From: Clostridia bacterium
GTDB lineage: Bacteria > Bacillota > Clostridia > Oscillospirales > CAG-272
Length of the DNA stretch: 47,464 nucleotides
Direction: 5' to 3'
NCBI GenBank assembly: GCA_017398145.1
Contig: JAFQHD010000074.1
Location: forward strand, 1-47,464
The notes below the pieces were generated by a model. It was not told the origin of the DNA and did no database searches. It worked only from the letters and a program-made list of their open reading frames with translations. Within the stretch, counting starts at the first letter, position 1; every line of letters starts with the position of its first letter. Positions 44,495 to 47,464 of the stretch are shown here, in pieces. The translations under genes and the position numbers were made by a program.

Positions 44495-45980
44495 AAAATA
44501 TACCGACGAAGATACCTTTTCAAAAATAGTTGATTTTCCCAACATCACCTCTATGTGGGCGCACTGCGTGTCAGCCTACGGTGATAATATTGCCATAGTT
44601 GACTCTGAGAGCTATACGTATAATAAGCTTGACAAAGACGTTTGCGGCTTCAGAACCGTTCTTAAGGAGAACGCAGCTCTTCCCGGCTCGCTTATCGGCA
44701 TCCTCTGTCCCAACTCCTACGGATTTGTCAAGGCGTATCTTGCGGCGGCTACCTTCGGCACTCCCGCCGTGCTTATGCCTACACACCTTGATGAGATGAC
44801 TGTATTCGGCATTGCGTCAAAATTCGGTATGAAGGCTGTCGTATACGATGAGTCCCTTGAGGAAAAAGTCAAGGTGCTCCGTGAAAAGAATCCCGCGGTG
44901 GCTCTTATACCCTCCTCGGCTTTAAGCGAGGAAAAGACCCCCGCCGTTCCCGTTCCCTCCGAAGCCCCTGCCGCCATACTCTTCACAGGCGGTACTACAG
45001 GCAAGAGTAAGGGAGCAAAGCTCAGCCAGAGGGCTGTCATAGCAGGCACCCGTAACGGCTGCTACGGCATCAAGGAGATATTTGAACAGAGATATCTGCT
45101 GGTGCTTCCCCTGACCCACGTCTTCGGTCTTATCCGTAATCTGATGACAAGCCTCTATACGGGAAGCGCGCTTTACATATGCCGCAACAACAAGGATATG
45201 TTCCGAGATGTGGCGGTATTCAAGCCCACCATCATGGTGTTGGTTCCCGCCCTTGCAGAGATGGCGCTGAATCTCAGCGCCCAGTTCGGCAGAAACATGT
45301 GGGGGCCCGACCTAAAGACTATTATCTGCGGTGCGGCTCCCGTTGCTCCCTATCTGGTAACAGAGTATGACAAGTTAGGCGTTACACTCCTGCCCGGCTA
45401 CGGACTTACCGAGTCGGCAAACCTCGTCAGCGGTAACCCCGAGGCGCTGAACAAGCCCGAGTCGGTAGGACTTATATACGACGGTATGGAGTATAAGATA
45501 GTTGACGGTGAGCTGTGGCTAAAGGGCATCAATATGATGGACGGATACGTTATACCCGAGGACAACGATATCGCCTACGAGGACGGATATTTTAAAACAG
45601 GCGACCTTGTCCGTATCGATGATGAGGGATTCCTATATATCACGGGCAGAACAAAGGAAATAATCGTTCTCCCCACAGGAGAAAATGTTTCTCCCGCAGA
45701 GCTTGAGGTAAAGTTCTGCGCTATAGATACAGTTCAGGACTGCCTTGTTTTTGACGATGACAACGGCAGGTTAGTGTTAGAGGTCCTTCCCAGAATGACA
45801 AAAATAAAGGCTTCGGGTATCGAGGATATCTACGGTCACATAAAGGCAGAGGTTGACAGAATAAATAATACCCTGCCCTCCTTTGAAAGAATAAATAAGC
45901 TTATCATCCGTGATACCGACTTTGTGCGTACACCTGCGATGAAGATTGCGAGGAACTTAAATGGCAATGTCAAGAAATGA
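44478..45980 (+). CDS. Long-chain acyl-AMP ligase (acyl-CoA / acyl-ACP synthetase family)
   Basis: FTGGTTGKSKG, LPLTHVFG, GYGLTES, FKTGDL, TGRTKEII..TGENVSP.ELE, RT..MKI. Start 44478 (44469 possible), overlapping plsC. Confidence 0.9.
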   Translation: MNEKFKKYTDEDTFSKIVDFPNITSMWAHCVSAYGDNIAIVDSESYTYNKLDKDVCGFRTVLKENAALPGSLIGILCPNSYGFVKAYLAAATFGTPAVLMPTHLDEMTVFGIASKFGMKAVVYDESLEEKVKVLREKNPAVALIPSSALSEEKTPAVPVPSEAPAAILFTGGTTGKSKGAKLSQRAVIAGTRNGCYGIKEIFEQRYLLVLPLTHVFGLIRNLMTSLYTGSALYICRNNKDMFRDVAVFKPTIMVLVPALAEMALNLSAQFGRNMWGPDLKTIICGAAPVAPYLVTEYDKLGVTLLPGYGLTESANLVSGNPEALNKPESVGLIYDGMEYKIVDGELWLKGINMMDGYVIPEDNDIAYEDGYFKTGDLVRIDDEGFLYITGRTKEIIVLPTGENVSPAELEVKFCAIDTVQDCLVFDDDNGRLVLEVLPRMTKIKASGIEDIYGHIKAEVDRINNTLPSFERINKLIIRDTDFVRTPAMKIARNLNGNVKK

Positions 45981-46218
45981 TATAATCGAAAAGCTCACCG
46001 ACGTAATGAAGATGGCTATGCCCTCGGAAATAAACGAGAAAGCATTAAACGAAAACGCTTCTCTTGTGAACGACCTGGGGCTTTCCTCGGTGGGAGTTCT
46101 GTACGTGGTCATAGCCATAGAGGAATTCTTTAACATCCGCTTTGACGACGTGGGATTTGCAGATTTCAAGACTGTAGGAGACGTAGTCGATTATATCGAA
46201 AAAAAGCTTGAAGCATGA
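45961..46218 (+). CDS. Acyl carrier protein
   Basis: Small acidic protein with L.NDLGLSSV.....V.AIEE.FNI, TVGDVVDYI. Start 45961 or 45967. Confidence 0.88.
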   Translation: MAMSRNDIIEKLTDVMKMAMPSEINEKALNENASLVNDLGLSSVGVLYVVIAIEEFFNIRFDDVGFADFKTVGDVVDYIEKKLEA

Positions 46219-47216
46219 AATGGATAAAAAGAGAGCCCGAATACGGGGATATGATCCGTGTTGCTTCGGGAAGCATATACCATTTCGGAATATACGTATC
46301 CCGTGACGAGGTCATAGCCTTCGGGCTTGCTCCGTCACAGCGGCCGCTGCTTCACAACAGCGAGGTAGAGGTGCTTTCCACCGATATCGACACCTTTCTT
46401 TCGGGAGGAGAGCTTGAGGTTGCCGAATTTGACCCCGAGGAAAAAAAAGACCACCGCACACCAGACGAGGCGGTAGAATTCGCAAGATCTAAACTCGGTA
46501 TGCGGGGCTATAACATCATCTATAATAACTGCGAGCATTTTGCCAATGAAGCTATCTCGGGTAAGCCCTCCTGTGAGCAGGCTGACAGAGTACGGGCTAT
46601 GTTTCGGAATATGCCCGTAGTGGATATATATTTAGCAAAACTGCCCGACAGAGATATAGGTGAGCCTCTTGCCTGTTCCGTCCGTCAGAGGGATATAGAC
46701 GGCGTTTCAAACGACCGTGTAAAGCGGGAAAAATATTACGTCTGGAAGCTTCTTGAATACGGTCTTATGCGAAGCTTCGGAATAAAAGCAGAAGAGCTTG
46801 AGTTTGAAAAGGACAAAGGCGGCAGATATATGACCGAGGGCGTGGAGTTTTCACTGTCACACTCTAAGGGTGCGCTTGCAGTGGCAGTATCCCGTGCCCC
46901 CGTGGGTATAGATATCGAGGACATGGGTGCCCTCTGCCGTGAAAGTATGCCAAAACGTATAATGACCGACAGAGAATACGAAAGATACCTGTCTTTAACG
47001 GATGAAGAAAAGCAGAAATTCTTCGTAAACACATGGACAGCCAAGGAAGCACTTTTTAAGGCTTCTCACTCCCGACGGTTTATCCCCCGTGATGCTGACA
47101 CAGCCGACGGCGGATACCGAAGCTATGAGAAAAATATCGGCGGTAAGCTTTATTCCCTGTCTGTCGCCACCCCTACCCCGGAAAGAATAAGGGTATATGA
47201 AAATATCTGTTTCTAA
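46215..47216 (+). CDS. Fusion: LRAT/PLAAT-type (permuted NlpC/P60) domain + Sfp-type 4'-phosphopantetheinyl transferase
   Basis: N-half P..GD.I......YHFGIYV ... YNIIYNNCEHF; C-half FSLSHS, VGIDIE, WTAKEALFKA; single uninterrupted frame. Confidence 0.88.
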   Translation: MKWIKREPEYGDMIRVASGSIYHFGIYVSRDEVIAFGLAPSQRPLLHNSEVEVLSTDIDTFLSGGELEVAEFDPEEKKDHRTPDEAVEFARSKLGMRGYNIIYNNCEHFANEAISGKPSCEQADRVRAMFRNMPVVDIYLAKLPDRDIGEPLACSVRQRDIDGVSNDRVKREKYYVWKLLEYGLMRSFGIKAEELEFEKDKGGRYMTEGVEFSLSHSKGALAVAVSRAPVGIDIEDMGALCRESMPKRIMTDREYERYLSLTDEEKQKFFVNTWTAKEALFKASHSRRFIPRDADTADGGYRSYEKNIGGKLYSLSVATPTPERIRVYENICF

Positions 47217-47218
47217 CA

Positions 47219-47250
47219 AATGATCCCGAAGTCTATGCTTCGGGATCATT
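47219..47250 (+). terminator. Hairpin ending the lipid operon
   Basis: AATGATCCCGAAG-loop-CTTCGGGATCATT immediately after the stop. Confidence 0.7.
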
Positions 47251-47452
47251 ACAGTGTGTCGATAAACCTATCGACACGCTGTCAGACTTCGAAAAGGGAA
47301 GGTAGGTGTGAACCCCCAAAACTCGGCAAGCTCGTTTCGGGGAACCCCACCGTTTTCGTGAAAAGGGTCCGTAGGTGTACTAAGTACAGTAGTGACCCTT
47401 TTCGCGGAAAAGTGTGAAAAGGTGGCATAAACTCGATGTTTATGCCACCTTT
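47251..47452. repeat. Multi-hairpin REP/MITE-like non-coding element
   Basis: Four consecutive inverted repeats: 47251-47282, 47314-47342, 47353-47410, 47418-47452. Confidence 0.55.
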
Positions 47453-47464
47453 GAATGCTTATCA

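Noticed and set aside
47220-47417. 65-aa ORF after the PPTase fusion
   Set aside because: It lies wholly within stacked inverted repeats and has no RBS.

Overview
Chromosomal segment from a low-GC Gram-positive anaerobe, probably an uncultured Clostridia lineage (inferred from sigmaA promoters, a THF riboswitch, sortase pili and Rex/LexA-type boxes). From left to right it holds: (1) a minus-strand redox operon mdh/ldh-fumC-hdrB-hdrC-hdrA-mvhD-(Fe-S subunit, cut by the window edge), with Rex-like operators; (2) THF riboswitch-folT-folC; (3) a 7-gene sortase pilus locus with its own signal peptidase, a 1525-aa His/Cys-repeat, pseudo-CHAP, fibro-slime adhesin, and an apparently catalytically dead second sortase; (4) an IS200 left-end relic, three long XRE regulators, a LexA-box gene, pth2 and glycerate kinase; (5) tRNA-Leu(TAA) and tRNA-fMet followed by a structured non-coding element; (6) a mosaic accessory region punctuated by three copies of one terminator plus small-XRE module, each more eroded than the last; (7) an orphan HipA-like kinase, a 1932-aa papain-protease/sialate-O-acetylesterase fusion and a dGTPase; (8) a four-gene lipid operon (PlsC, acyl-AMP ligase, ACP, LRAT-PPTase fusion). 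The lipid operon is the strongest candidate for an undescribed system. All calls rest on motif reading by eye; no searches were run.
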